Both the position numbers and the translations under genes were made by a program. From contig OX597831.1 of NCBI GenBank assembly GCA_951406725.2, positions 43,586,001 to 43,650,000 on the forward strand: a stretch of 64,000 nt of DNA, written 5' to 3'. How positions within the stretch are numbered: position 1 is the stretch's first letter; each line of letters begins with the position of its first letter. Under the pieces are notes generated by a model, which had not been told where the DNA came from, searched no databases, and saw only the letters and a program-made list of their open reading frames with translations. Below, piece after piece: positions 1 through 12,648 of this stretch. The DNA is from Octopus vulgaris. Its lineage: Eukaryota.

Positions 1-277
1 TCCTGTGTCCTTATGTTTTCAAAGTGGAGACAAGCACCTCCACCCAGCAAAACCAGCACCAGAGACTAGTTTCAGAGTTATTGCTCATCATCAGTCCGGA
101 GTAGCATGGCTTGCTAGCTGTCGATGCCTATCCGCCTTTGAACACATATATATTTCAAGTGAAATGCATTCACTGATTTTTGAAAATAGAAATAACATAT
201 TTCTAAACTAGTCTCTGGATGCTGGTTTTGCTGGGTGGAGGTGCTTGTCTCCACTTTGAAAACATAAGGACGCAGGA
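1..277. repeat. Long inverted repeat (arms 1-72 and 205-277; left arm runs off the window), probably an inverted Penelope-like terminal repeat or a foldback element
   Basis: 205-277 is the reverse complement of 1-72 with one substitution and one indel; spacer ~130 bp. Confidence 0.85.
59..99 (-). ncRNA. Minimal type I hammerhead ribozyme motif (Penelope-associated type)
   Basis: Minus strand reads ccgga-CTGATGA-t-gag-caataa-ctc-t-GAAA-cta-GTC-tctgg: both core boxes, 5-bp stem I (one G-U), 3-bp stem II, palindromic stem III (ACTAGT) and GUC cleavage triplet. Confidence 0.7.
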
Positions 278-479
278 AATGTTTCAAGTCCAACAGGGCT
301 AAATAACAGTAGCATAAGTGTTTCCTAGGGCTAAATAACAGTAGCATTCTTCCCTTTTATGGCACTGTCACATTAAATTGACAACATGCTATCACTTTAT
401 CATGTTGCTACTGCATAAATCTCTCTGAGAGATTTAGAAATAAACTGTAAACTTATCTGCATTTATAGATATTGGTGAG

Positions 480-811
480 CCCCTTCGGTCAGACACTGAC
501 CATGGGTTTGCACCTAGAGAGTTACCCTCTGAGGCACAAGTCTGGGCAAGGTTGTTTTATGGAAGATCAGCAGTTGCCCATGCATACCGGCCTCCCCTCT
601 CCACGTCACTGATGTTGTCCAAGGGAAAGGCAAGGGCCAATACAGCTTGGCACCTGTGACGTCGCAACTCATTTCTACAGCTGAGTGAACTGGAGCAACG
701 TGAAATAAAGTGCCTTGCTCAAGAACACAACACGCAGCCCGGCCCGGGATTTGAGCTCACAACCTCACGATCGTAAGCACGATGCTCTAACTACTGAGCC
801 ACGCGCCTTCA
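480..811 (-). mobile_element. tRNA-derived SINE, family C (GAAGGCGCGTGGCTCAGTAGTTAG head, CORE-like centre)
   Basis: A/B-box tRNA-like head on the minus strand; body matches copies at ~35583-35915, 51968-52312 and 61687-61922. Confidence 0.8.
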
Positions 812-1577
812 CATTAGCTAATCTATTACATATTATGCTTTGTTATAATCCCTCCGTCATATTGCCATCTAAAACTCATGTGTCCCTAATATTACATAAC
901 TTAGACACTCTCACATAACTACTGTGTTATATTAGAATAATAGTTTTGGCTGAGAGACAAACCTAAAAAAAAAAAGCCTTGATGTGGGCACTTAATCTGC
1001 TAGAAATAGCAGACCTGTTAAAAATATATTCCTTTAGTCATTCACTACTGTTTGCATTACGAATAATGTAGGCCAGAATACACTGAACATAAGCCAAAAT
1101 AACAACAACAATAACTACTAGACCATAGGCATAAGCTAAACTGACTACAACTACTCACCAACAACGACGATGACAACAGCAACAACAATGACAACAACAA
1201 CAACAACAATGACAACAACAACAACCAATATAGACAAACACCAACTATTTAAGTTTGGACCATCATTACTAAAGTATCTTAAGGATCATTAGGATCTGAT
1301 GATGTCCATCTCCCTGCTCAGAAAAGGAACTTTAAATGATTCACTTCAGGATACAATATGACCCTGAGTATATGTACATACACACACACATATCTATATC
1401 TATATCATCATCATCATCATTATCGTCGTCATCATCACCATCATTTGACATATACTTTCCATGCTGGCAAACCAGAGAACTGTACCAAACTTTACTGTCT
1501 AATTCTGCATGGTTTTCTGCAGTTGGGAAACCCTCCCTAACACTAACCACTTTACAGAGTGTACTGGGTGCTTTTTA

Positions 1578-1860
1578 CATCGGTCTCTTTTGCTGAACCG
1601 CTAAGTTACGGGGATGTAAACACACCAGCATTGGTTGTCAAGCGATGTTGAGGGGGGGGGGAACAAACACAGACACACACACACACATATATACATATAT
1701 ATATGACGGGCTTCTTTCAGTTTCCGTCTACCAAATCCACTCACAAGGCTTTGGTCGGCCCGAGGCTATGGAGGAAGACACTTGCCCAAGGTGCCACGCA
1801 GTGGGACTGAACCCGGAACCATGTGGTTGGTAAGCAAGCTACTTACCACACAGCCACTCC
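1578..1860 (-). mobile_element. tRNA-derived SINE, family A (GGAGTGGCTGTGTGGTAAG head, internal TA/TG microsatellite), joined to an RTE tail at ~1405-1577
   Basis: Matches the many family A copies in the window (e.g. 13577-13955, 38233-38625). Confidence 0.8.
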
Positions 1861-2559
1861 CGAAACTTTTGGTGGCAGTGAGTTAGTTGATGACATCCAC
1901 CCCCCAGTGTTGAACTGGTACTTATTTCATTGATCCCCGCCCCACAAAGGATGGAAAGTAAAGAAGACCTTGGCAGACTTTGAACTCAGAATTGAAAGCC
2001 AGAAGAAATGCTGCTAAGCATTTTGTCCAGTATGCTAACGATTCTGCCAGCTTGCCACCTTATTACAAACACATAATAAAATTGGATAAATCAGGAAGGT
2101 CGAAAGGTTAGAGGTTAAACACTTCAAGTTTTTTTTTTACAGGGAGAAATCTGAGGTTCACTTACACATATATAGTTTTCCATGTATGCTTTCACAGTCA
2201 TATATCATTTTATTTGTTATGTTAGAGTTTGCACTTCATTCTGGAAATAGATAAGGTTTAAAATTATTCTTTACATGCAACAGAAGTAATTCTATATTTA
2301 AAAGGAAGCTATCTGCGTATCATATTAAACATACATACATTGCAAATGGTTAATGTTCATACTGCACCTGGTGCTGGTGCTGTATGAACATTTAATGTGG
2401 TTTTAGAGTCAAGTTTTGGCTGCTATTTCAAGCATACCCTAAATTATAATTTTAATAAAAATTATTACCTTTGAAGGTTTTTATTCCTATGCTGGCCACT
2501 TGATAAGATCGATATTTAAATAAAAATCGTATCCTTATTCATATAAATTTATATATACA

Positions 2560-3026
2560 CTAGCAGTATCGCCCGGCGTTGCTCGGGTTTGTAAGGGAAA
2601 TAACTATATAAGCATAGCCATTTCTGTTTTGGTGTCTTCAAGCCATGAAGTCGTTGTTCTAAAAGAACGCTGGTCTCCTTGACAACGCTTTACGACGTTG
2701 ATTTCCTTACACTCCCTTCCCCACAGCTTCATGAGGGAGGGAAGAAGGGGGAGAAGCAACACAGGTGCAGGTGTGACCATGGATGCCAACTCCGCCGCCA
2801 TCGACACACGAAAAAATATGCGTTAAAATGGAAAAAAATGATGTTAAATTATTTTTTAAATCGTAGACTCATCGCAGATGCGCGCTAATACCCAGACGGG
2901 CTTGATATGAATCACGACTATAAGATACCCGAATTTGGTTAAACTGCACCGCAAAATGTGGGAGTAGTTAGGAATCTAAATCGTAGGAGACAGACACTCA
3001 CACAACTACAGTTTTATATATATAGA
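2560..3026 (-). mobile_element. Non-autonomous Helitron
   Basis: Minus strand starts TCTATATATATAAAACTG and ends with GC hairpin CCCGAGC-AAC-GCCGGG then CTAG; inserted between A and T with no TSD. Confidence 0.8.
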
Positions 3027-3180
3027 TATATATATATGTATATCTATATCTATCTGTCTATCTATCTATCAATCTATCTATCTATCTATCTATATACATA
3101 CATACAATACATATAAGTTAACATAATATAATGTCTAAAAGTTGATGAACCACCTATTGATCCCCTCCATTTTCTTATTG

Positions 3181-3237
<57 letters not shown>

Positions 3238-4155
3238 TTATGTAAACATTTTTCATAATATCAACAAGGCTAAATCTACAAAGTGAATTAATTGGGAGTA
3301 AAAGAGAAAACAATATCATTGTTATAATTTTGATAACTATTATTGGTTCCAAATTTTAGCACAAGGCCAGCAAATTTAGGGGAGGAGTAAGTTAATTACA
3401 TCGACCCTCCCACCCAGTGTTCAACTGGAACTTATTTTATCGACCCCGAAAGGATGACGGCAAAGTTGACCTAAGTCGAATTTGAACTCAAAATGTGAAG
3501 ACAGACAAAATTTTGCTGAGCATTTAACCTGCCATACTAAGGGTCCTGCCAGCTTCCTGTCTTATTTTGATATTTAAAATTAACAACAATTAGGAAAAGG
3601 AAAAAAATAATATCATCCTCATTATCAGCATTGTTGTATTTTTTTGTCTATTTTCTATGCTGGCATGGGTCGGAGTTATTCTGGAAAGGTAAGAGGATAA
3701 CATCTCCCTCATTGGTTTCCTTCTTAGCTTGCCTTCTATGGCTGGTTCCTAAACACCAACTACACCACAGAGTGTACTGGACATTTTTTTAAGGCATCAG
3801 CATCAGGGAGATTATCATGTGCTCGATAAAATGAAAGGGACCTCTTGGTTCCATTATTATCAAAGTGCACTGAGTGCATTGCACCATGGCACCAACACTG
3901 GACAGTATAGAGATGAGAGAGTGAGGAATAGCAAGTGGCAGATAAACGGTGAGGGTGAACAATACCAAACTGCATGTGGAGAGTATGGGTTGCATTTGGA
4001 TCAGATGAGATCCCCTAAGCACATGCTTCAAGATGGGTGAAACCAAAATAATTCATCCTTCTCTTCCTCATCATCATCATTTAATGTCTGTTTCCCATGT
4101 TGGCATAGGTTATTTATGACGAATTTTAGAAATGCAAGACAAAATGGAGTCTTAC

Positions 4156-4241
4156 CTCAAAATAACTTCAAAATCCACTAATCTAACAATTTCTTGAAGT
4201 CTGATATTCCAAGTGAACAACTGGACAGTGCAGAAGGCTAC
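4156..4241 (-). other. Candidate spliced exon (86 nt)
   Basis: Acceptor tttgttaacag|G and donor GAG|gtaag on the minus strand in unique sequence; one open frame (VAFCTVQLFTWNIRLQEIVRLVDFEVIL), no recognised homolog. Confidence 0.45.
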
Positions 4242-4401
4242 CTGTTAACAAAGCATTAATATTATTCATTTGTGACATTAATATAAAGTTTTAATCACCA
4301 ACAAATCTTTACAACAATAAACAACAAACTGAACCTTTCAGGTGAGATGATAAAGGATCGAGATGCCTAGTGCCTTGCTGTAATCGAGAAGACCTGTAAT
4401 C

Positions 4402-4819
4402 AAGGCGTCGATCTGGCAGAAATGTTAGCACGCCGTGCGAAATGCGTAGCTGTATTTTGTCTGCCGTTACGTTCTGAGTTCAAATTCTGCCAAGGTCGAC
4501 TTTGCCTTTCATCCTTTCGAGGTTGATAAATTAAGTACCAGTTACACACTGGGGTCGATATAATCGACTTAATCCATTTGTCTGTCCTTGTTTGTCCTCT
4601 CTGTGTTTAGCCCCTTGTGGGTAGTAAAGAAATAGGTATTTCATCTGCTGTTACATTCTGAGTTCAAATTCCGCCGAGGTCGACTTTGCCTTTCATCCTT
4701 TTGAGGTCGATAAATTAAGTACCAGTTATGCACTGGGGTCGATATAATCAACTTAATCCCTTTGTCTGTCCTTGTTTGCCCCCTCTCTGTTTTAGCCCCT
4801 TGTGCGCAATAAAGAAATA
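4402..4819 (+). mobile_element. SINE family B (AGGCGGCGAGCTGGCAGAA head, Meta/MESC-like centre), internally dimeric
   Basis: Two tandem bodies containing GCCTTTCATCCTTTCGAGGTYGATAAATTAAGTACCAG-like cores; 15-bp TSD agaagacctgtaatc at 4387-4401 and 4820-4834. Confidence 0.85.
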
Positions 4820-4859
4820 AGAAGACCTGTAATCTGCAGCAGAAGTGTTAAGACTGGTC

Positions 4860-5160
4860 CTTCTGGTAGTGTGAAGCACTTGTAGTGGTGTCATGTAAAA
4901 GTGTCTGTGTGGGACCACGTAAAAGCACCCATGCAGTGCTATGTAAAAGCACCTGTGCAGTGTCACGTAAAAGTGTCCGTGCGGGCACCACGTAAAAGCA
5001 CCCAGCACATACTGGAAAGTGGCTGGCATTAGGCAGGGCATTTGCCTGCAGAACACCATACCAAATCAGACTGGAGCCTGGTGCGGCTCCCCAGCTTGCC
5101 AGCCCTGGTCAAACTGTCCAACCCATGCCAGCATGGACAACAGATGTTAAATGATGACGA
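4860..5160 (+). mobile_element. RTE-type LINE 3' UTR fragment with 25-bp internal repeats
   Basis: Ends CCAACCCATGCCAGCATGGA...GTTAAATGATGACG, the same tail as the RTE copy ending at ~37745. Confidence 0.75.
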
Positions 5161-5261
5161 AACACCCGTTTCTACCATGGTATTTTAAAAATGGGATTGT
5201 TTTTTTATGCACATCAAATGGCTTTGGAGTTCCTGTAGAGTAAAATAGCAATCAAAGGGGT

Positions 5262-5660
5262 CTGGGTGTGGCTATGTGGTAAGAAGCTTGTTTACCAACC
5301 ACATGGTTCTGGGTTCAGTCCCACTGCGAGACACCTTGGGTAAGTGTCTTCTACTATAGCCTCGGGCTGCCAACCAAAGCCTTGTGAGTGGATTTGGTAG
5401 TTGGAAACTGAAACAAGCCTGTCATATATATGTGTGTGCATGTGTGTGTTTGTGTTTGTCTGCCCCCCCCCCCCATCATTGCTTGACAACCGATGCTGTC
5501 GTGTTTATGTATCCGTAACTTAGCGGTTCAGCAAAAGCGACTGATAGGATAAGTACTAGGCTTACAAAGAATAAGTCCTGGGGGGTCAATTTGCTCGGCT
5601 AAAGGCAGTGCTCCAGCATGGCCGCAGTCGAGTGACTGGAACAAGTAAAAGAGCGAAAGA
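5262..5660 (+). mobile_element. SINE family A, full length
   Basis: tRNA-like head, central microsatellite, tail ending ...GAACAAGTAAAAGAG. Confidence 0.8.
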
Positions 5661-6683
5661 GTAAGAACCACTGGATTAGAGAAACGGCAGAAAAAGTTTT
5701 CTGCTAGAATAACTAAAATGTATATAAAAACGAAGACAAGTGCAGGCCTTTTATTAAACCATTTTGTTATTCTACAGACTTGTGCATTCCATACAATAAA
5801 ATAAAATAAAAAAATCTGACATTGAATCGATGATGAGGATAACAACAACAGCAATGGTGGCAGTAGTGCTGATCTTGATTTGATTTTCTCTAACTGTGGA
5901 TTTCATGAATTTGAAAATATACTTCAGACCCGCATATTTTATGTGAGTGAAAGCTTGGAACGGTATTTTATAGTCAGGAATATAAAACACTGAACTGTTA
6001 AACAATTACCGAGTTAATCCGGGATACTTTCAAGCATACCACTTCACTAGCATTGGTAGACCGTAAAAAGTAGCATTACGTAACATGTCGAAGATGACAA
6101 TATGATATTCGTGTTCAGTTATGTTGTGCCAGCAATCATTACAACAATCTTTGCAGCATTGTTTTATTTAGAAGTGGCTGGAAAATAGCCTGCAGCTCAA
6201 GGCTCTAAAATACTTCTCACATCATTCCATTATAATGGTGAATGTGACATTATATTGTATACTGTTCAGTCTAGTAAATGGGAATATAGACATTATACAT
6301 TGATACATGCTGACTAGAGACTTCGCTTTAGTTTTTATAGTCACCTTTTAGGTGTTATACCTTTTGGCTTTCTTCAGGTTCCTATCATATTTGGTAATAT
6401 TTTCAGAATTTGGAATGGAACACTTTATTAGTCCTCATTCCATTGTTCCAATCAGGGTTATTCTTTTATTAGTTATAGTCCTACTTGTGATGCTGCTGGT
6501 ACCTTTAACTTGAACCAGAGTATATATATATTATAAGAGAAAAAATCAATCAGAAAGGAACTCTATCTCACTCAAAATATCTTTTGATAAGCATAACAAA
6601 TGCGCAACCGGTAAAAAGAACTTTCACCTAATTAAATACACTCTCCTTTACTTAAATTATTTTGTCAGCATTTTCTTCATTTC

Positions 6684-6726
<43 letters not shown>

Positions 6727-6766
6727 TACATACATGCACATATATATATATATATATGTATACATA

Positions 6767-8021
6767 CACGGTGCATAAGGCATTTGAGGACATGCCTTTT
6801 TGGATCATTGCTGCATTTTTTACTAACTTTGTATATTCTTTGTTACAGAAAATAATATAATAGCAGACCCTCAGCTTACTCAAGAAATGAAGAGGCATAC
6901 AGTTATTGTGGTTATAAAGGCTGAGCGTAGTGATTTAGAAATATCTCGATTTTTAAAAGTTGCCAGGTCCTTCGTTTACAAAGATTGTAAGGAGCTAGAG
7001 ACTGAATGTATCACCAGTATCAAAGTATAAAAAGCATTCTAAATGCTGTGAAATCATCAGAACACCTGAATTTATCCAGCAAGTTCAACAGATCATTGAT
7101 TACAATCCCAGAAAGTCCATGAGGTCAATTGCAAAAGATCTTCATGTGTCAGAAGGAACAGTCAGAAATGTTGCCCATTACTTTCAAGTATACATGATGA
7201 GGAAAGGTCAATTCGTAAGAAAAAGCAAAAGAACATCACTACATCAGATCTAAACGACTCTTAAATAAACTGAAAAATCCAGCAGAAGAAAATTTGATTT
7301 GGTTTTCTCAAACAAGAAAATCTTTGATCAAGATCAAAAAGTTAACAAGAAATGACAGATGGTTATGTGCAGACCCTTCTGAAGTTCCAAGTGTTATGCA
7401 TACACAATTTCCTTCAGCCGTCATGGTTTTAGGGGTTGTCAGCAATGAAGCACATGTGATGCCTCCTTACCTCTTTCCACAAGGCCTTAGAGTTAACTCT
7501 GCTGCCTACATTGAGGTCCTAGAAATAACTGTTAAGCCCTGGATAGACAGTGTATGCAACGGGAAGGCCATATGTGTTTCAGTAAGACTCTGCACTATCA
7601 CACATGGTTCTAGTAACACAGGAATGAATGGCTGAAAATTTTCATGATCACATAACCCCTTACATTTGGCCTTCTAATTCCCTGTATCTCAATCCATTGG
7701 ACTATTACATGTGGAATGTTGTTGAGAGAGAGAGGTCAATGAACAAGCTCATAACACCAAAGATTCTTTGAAAGCTGCCATAGTCAGAGTAATGTCCAAA
7801 ATGAACCAGGACCATTTAATTCGAGCATGTAGATGATTCAAATCTCATATAGAAGCAGTTGTTGAAGCTGAAGGGGGCTTTATTGGATAACATTATAGAA
7901 AAGAAGGTTTATTTCTATCCTCATAACATGTTTTAATAAATAAAGTTATTATCTGTTATTATAATATCTGGTTTTTTTTTCTATAAACATAAATCTGTCC
8001 TCAAATATCTTACACACCCTG
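6767..8021 (+). mobile_element. Decayed full-length Tc1/mariner transposon, DD37D (maT) family
   Basis: ~26-bp imperfect TIRs (CACGGTGCATAAGGCATTTGAGGACA / TGTCCTCAAATATCTTACACACCCTG), TA on both flanks; transposase remnant VMVLGVVS...YVFQ*DSA...WPSNSLYLNPLDY with 37 residues between the second and third catalytic D. Confidence 0.9.
6888..7890 (+). pseudogene. DD37D transposase pseudogene
   Basis: HTH-like N-terminus and DDD domain are recognisable but broken by several stops and frameshifts; ends EAEGGFIG*. Confidence 0.85.
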
Positions 8022-8168
8022 TAACTTATATACACAATCTAAACTACTACAAACTACTGTAATAAAGGCTTTGGTTTGAAATTCCAAAAATGTTACTGAA
8101 TATAACAATCATTTGAAGAAAGTCGGGGGTTACAGTCACTGAAACACTGCAACCAAGATGAGGACATT

Positions 8169-8638
8169 CATCATCATCATCATCATCATCGTTTAACAAC
8201 CGCTTTCCATGCTAGCATGGGTTGGACGGTTTGACAAAGGTCTGGCAAGCCAGTGGGCTGCACCAGGCTCCAATCTGATCTGGCAATGTTTCTACAGCTG
8301 GATGCCCTTCCTAACTCCAACTGCTCCGAGAGTGTAGTGGGCGCATTTTATGTGCCACTGGCCTGGGAAGTCAGTCAGGCGGCACTAGCTTCGACCCATG
8401 CTCGAATGGTGCTTATTACATGGCACCAGCACAGGTGCTAGTCAGGCAGTGCTGGCCATGACAACAATTTCGATTTTGCTTGACTCAACAGGTCTTTTCA
8501 AGCACATCATATTACCCGACGCTTCAAGGGTACTTTTAAATGGGCCAGTCATACAACACTGGCATCAGCCACAGCTGTGATCTTGCTTTACTTGTCAGGT
8601 CTTCTCAATCACAACATATCTCCAAGGGTCTTGGTCCA
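8169..8638 (-). mobile_element. RTE-type LINE 3' UTR fragment
   Basis: (CAT)n-CGTTTAAC...TTTCCATGCTAGCATGGGTTGGACGG is the reverse complement of the RTE tail at ~37690-37745. Confidence 0.8.
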
Positions 8639-9549
8639 TATTAGTCCAAATATATGTATAAGAATTCTTTTGAATTTTGACACAAGACCATCAGTTTTTG
8701 AGGATAGCGGGTAAGTCAATTGTATCAACCCCAGTATTTTACTGGTACTTAATTTTATTGACCCCCACAAAAAGATAAAAGGCAAAGCTGACTTTGTCAG
8801 TCTTTGAACTCAGAACATAAAGAACCAAAAGAAATGCTGCCAAGCATTTTGTCCGCTGTGCTAATTATTCAGGCAGCTCATCACCTTATTCAGTGTATAA
8901 TAACGAGGATAATTCCTTATCTCACAAATTCAGACGGAATATAAATATATCATTCATTGCTAAGAAGAATATTTGGTTAGAATAAAAGGACACAGGCAAG
9001 CACAATAAATCTTACTTGACTCAAATGTTGCCTCCAATTTTTTTATGTAAGTGTGCACAAAAATTAGTATTGTGTGAAAATATTGTTTCTTAGCAAAATG
9101 TGTGCACATACCAAGTGGAATATACTCTCGTCAATAAAACCATAATTATCTCTAGCATCAATTATTTCTTTTTTATGGTTATTGTATGAGAAAGACTAGT
9201 TTCTCAATGAACAATCATTTGATCAAATCATCTCAATACATCATTAGAATGAAACAATTATTTAACAGCTGGGTTTATTAATCGAATCAAAACTGGAGCT
9301 GGTAACTACCACCCAAAGTGCTTCAATTAAAAGAATCTGATTTCATCTTTGAAACCTTGTGTGCACTTGTCTTTTTTCCTATGCTAGTTGTAAAAATTGT
9401 GTGCATATGTGGCTAAGTTTGCTTCCCAACCACACGGTTCCAGGTTCAGTCCCACTGTATGGCACCTTGGGCAAGAGTCTTCTGCTATGGCTTTGAGCTG
9501 ACCAAAGACTTGCGAGTGGATTTGGTAGATAGAAACTGAAAGAAGCCTA

Positions 9550-9781
9550 AGGCGGTGAGCTGGCAGAAATGTTAGCACGCCAGGTGAAATGCTTAGTGGT
9601 ATTTCATCTGCCATTATGTTCTGAGTTCAAATTTCGCTGAGGTCAACTTTGCCTTTCATCCTTTCGGGGCTGATAAATTAAGTACTAGTTACGTGCTGGG
9701 GTCAATGTAATCAACTTAATCCTTTTGTCTGTCCTTGTTTGTCTCCTCTATGTTTAGTCCTTTGTGGGCAATAACGAAATA
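9550..9781 (+). mobile_element. SINE family B nested in a family A SINE
   Basis: 19-bp TSD agaaactgaaagaagccta at 9531-9549 and 9782-9800, duplicated from the host SINE. Confidence 0.88.
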
Positions 9782-9801
9782 AGAAACTGAAAGAAGCCTA
9801 T

Positions 9802-9848
<47 letters not shown>

Positions 9849-9865
9849 TAGTGTGTGTGTGTATG

Positions 9866-9908
<43 letters not shown>

Positions 9909-10075
9909 CGGGAAGCTTTATGAAAATAGACAAAAGACGAAGGCAGGTTTACGGAAATAAACAACAGACGAAGGCAGGTGGAATACAAACAAACAATTGT
10001 ATTAGTATGGCGCTCAGGAAATATAAATAAAACAAGTCTTTATATATATATACACACACACACACACATATATAA

Positions 10076-10591
10076 GAGGGTGCTGAAAAGTTCCTAGCTT
10101 TAAGGGTATTGCAAAAGGTCTGGTTGGAGGCCCAACCTTCCGGGTTCTTTTACAGAGCTTAGGAAAATTGAAGGACCATTGAAATAAGTATGTGAATCTG
10201 AGAGGAGAATATCATCATCATCATCATCATTGTTTAACGTCCATTTTCCATGCTAGCATGGGTTGGACGGTTCGACTGGGGTCTTGGAATCCAGGAGGCT
10301 GCACCAAGCCCCAGTCTGATCTGGCAGTGTTTCTACGGCTGGATGCCCTTCCTAACGCCAACCACTCCGTGAGTGTAGTGGGTGCTTTTTACGTGCCAGA
10401 GATCTCGGTCCTTCGTCATTGCCTCTGGGAGGCCCAACGTTCAAAGGTCATGCTTCACTACCTCATCTCATGTCTTCCCGAGTCTACCTCTACACCGGAT
10501 TCCTTCAACTGTTTGGGAGTGAGTAAAAATCATAATTAACCGATCCTCTGGTATTTTGCTTTACCCAAAGCCAGGAACTTTTCAGCACCCC
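10076..10591. mobile_element. Mariner-like MITE with a nested RTE tail (~10211-10520)
   Basis: Inverted termini GGGTGCTGAAAAGTTCCTAGCTT / AAGCCAGGAACTTTTCAGCACCC. Confidence 0.7.
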
Positions 10592-10930
10592 ACCTCACAC
10601 ACACATACACACATATATATATGTGTGTGTTTGTGTTTGCCACACCCACCTGCCCACAACCTGACAACTGATATTGATGTGTTTATGTCCCCATAACTTA
10701 GTGGCTCAGCAAAAGGGACTGATCGAATAAGTGTCAGGCTTTAAAAAAGAATAAAAATAAGTTTTGGGGTGGATCCATTTGACTAAAATTCTCAAAGGCA
10801 GTGCCCCAGCATGGCCACAGTCTAATGATTGAAACAAGTAAAAGACAAAAGATAAAAGATATACAAACAAACTCACTGCTTAACAGCTTAAAAGGAATGG
10901 GGCTTGACTTGAATGCATCTACCTCTAGAG

Positions 10931-11050
10931 CAGGGGTCGGGCAACTTTTTTTAACCAGTTACCCCAAAATATATTCATTTATGTGGATGTTACCCCCTTG
11001 GTTCGAAACGAAGAAAATCATAGATTCTTTGAATTGAAAAGGTTTCTTGA
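10931..11050 (+). mobile_element. Left end of a hAT/Charlie-like MITE (truncated)
   Basis: CTCTAGAG|CAGGGGTCGGGCAAC is a typical Charlie-type target site plus terminus; no right end found. Confidence 0.45.
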
Positions 11051-11056
11051 ATCTCA

Positions 11057-11660
11057 TTTACTCTTTTACTTGTATTAGTCATTTGACTGTGGCCATGCTG
11101 GAGCACCGCCTTTGGTTGAGCAAATCGACATCAGGACTTGTTCTTTGTAAACCTAGTACTTATTCTATCGGTATCTTTTGCCGAACTGCTGTTACGGGGA
11201 CATAAACACCCAGCATCGATTGTCAAGTGATGTGGGGGGGACAAACACAGACACACAAACATATACACACACATACATCATCATCATCGTTTAACGCCCG
11301 TTTTTCGCGCTAGCACGGTTTGGACGGTTCGACCGGGGTCTGGGAAGCCAGGGTCTACACCAGGCTCCAGTCTGATCTGGCAGTGTTTTTACAGCTGGTT
11401 GCCCTTCCTAACGCCAACCACTCTGCGAGTGTAGCGGGTGCTTTTTACGTGCCACCGGCACATACATATATATTTATATATATACACACATATATGATGG
11501 GCTTCTTTCAGTTTCCGTCTAACAAATCCACTCACAAGGCTTTGGTTGGCCCGAGGCTATAGTAGAAGACACTTGCCCAAGGTGCCACACTGTGGGACTG
11601 AACTCAGAACCATGTGGTTGGTCAGCAAGCTACTTACCACACAGCCACTGCTGCACTTAT
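11057..11660 (-). mobile_element. SINE family A with an RTE tail (~11277-11460) inserted in its microsatellite
   Basis: Both SINE halves are collinear around the RTE tail fragment. Confidence 0.8.
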
Positions 11661-12029
11661 AAACACTCCTCTGTTTATATGAAGAATTACAATTATAAAT
11701 ATAACAAGCATAAAACAAACGAGATAAAATAAATTAATATCCTCGTAATGCAACAAAATGATTTTTCTAGAAATATTTTCACTTCAGGTTTTGAAGAAAT
11801 GATGTTTCATTTTTGTAACAGATACATCAAAACTGAGGTATTTTAATGCCAGAGCAATTTGGATACAGTCTTCAGGGTCCAATCAATTTTGTTGAATGGT
11901 TGAATTGAATAACTACTTAAATCTACTAGAGAATGCAATGATAGGGTGTGGCTGTTTGGATGCTGACAATGTTGCAGGGCTGACTGGACATTTGGCCTAT
12001 TTTGGTGACAGTGCTTTTGGGCATTGATG

Positions 12030-12377
12030 GCAAACACACACACACACATCATCGTCATCATTATCATAATCATTGTTTAACATCTGCTTTCCATGCTGGC
12101 ATAGGTTTGACTGAGGACTAGCAAGCCAGGAGGCTGCACCAGGCTGCAGAAATATATGCACACACACACACACACACATCATCATCGTCATCATCGTTTA
12201 ACATCTGCTTTCCATGATTGCATGGGTTGGACAGCTTGACTGAGGACTGGCAAGCCAGGAGGCTGCACCAGGCTGCAGAAATATATGCGCGCACACATGC
12301 ATACAGAAATATATGCACACACACACACAGAGAAATAAATGAACACATACACACACACATGCATACAGAAATATATG

Positions 12378-12415
<38 letters not shown>

Positions 12416-12560
12416 TAAATGAACACATACACACACACATGCATACAGAAATATATGCGCGTGCACACACACACACACAGAAATAAATGAACACATACAC
12501 ATGAACACATACACACACACATGCATACAGAAATATATGTGCACACACACACTCATGTAT
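12030..12560. repeat. Local tandem duplication of an RTE tail plus compound (CA)n/GCATACAGAAATATATG repeats
   Basis: RTE tail segment present twice (~12047 and ~12178), then repeated ~60-bp units. Confidence 0.75.
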
Positions 12561-12617
12561 ATATAGAAAGTAAGAGACATTACACATGCCTACAAGCATA
12601 ACTAGATGGTCACACAA

Positions 12618-12648
<31 letters not shown>

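Noticed and set aside
5528-6005. Hydrophobic minus-strand ORFs vaguely like GPCR TM6/TM7
   Set aside because: No diagnostic motif, interrupted by stops, no supporting splice structure.
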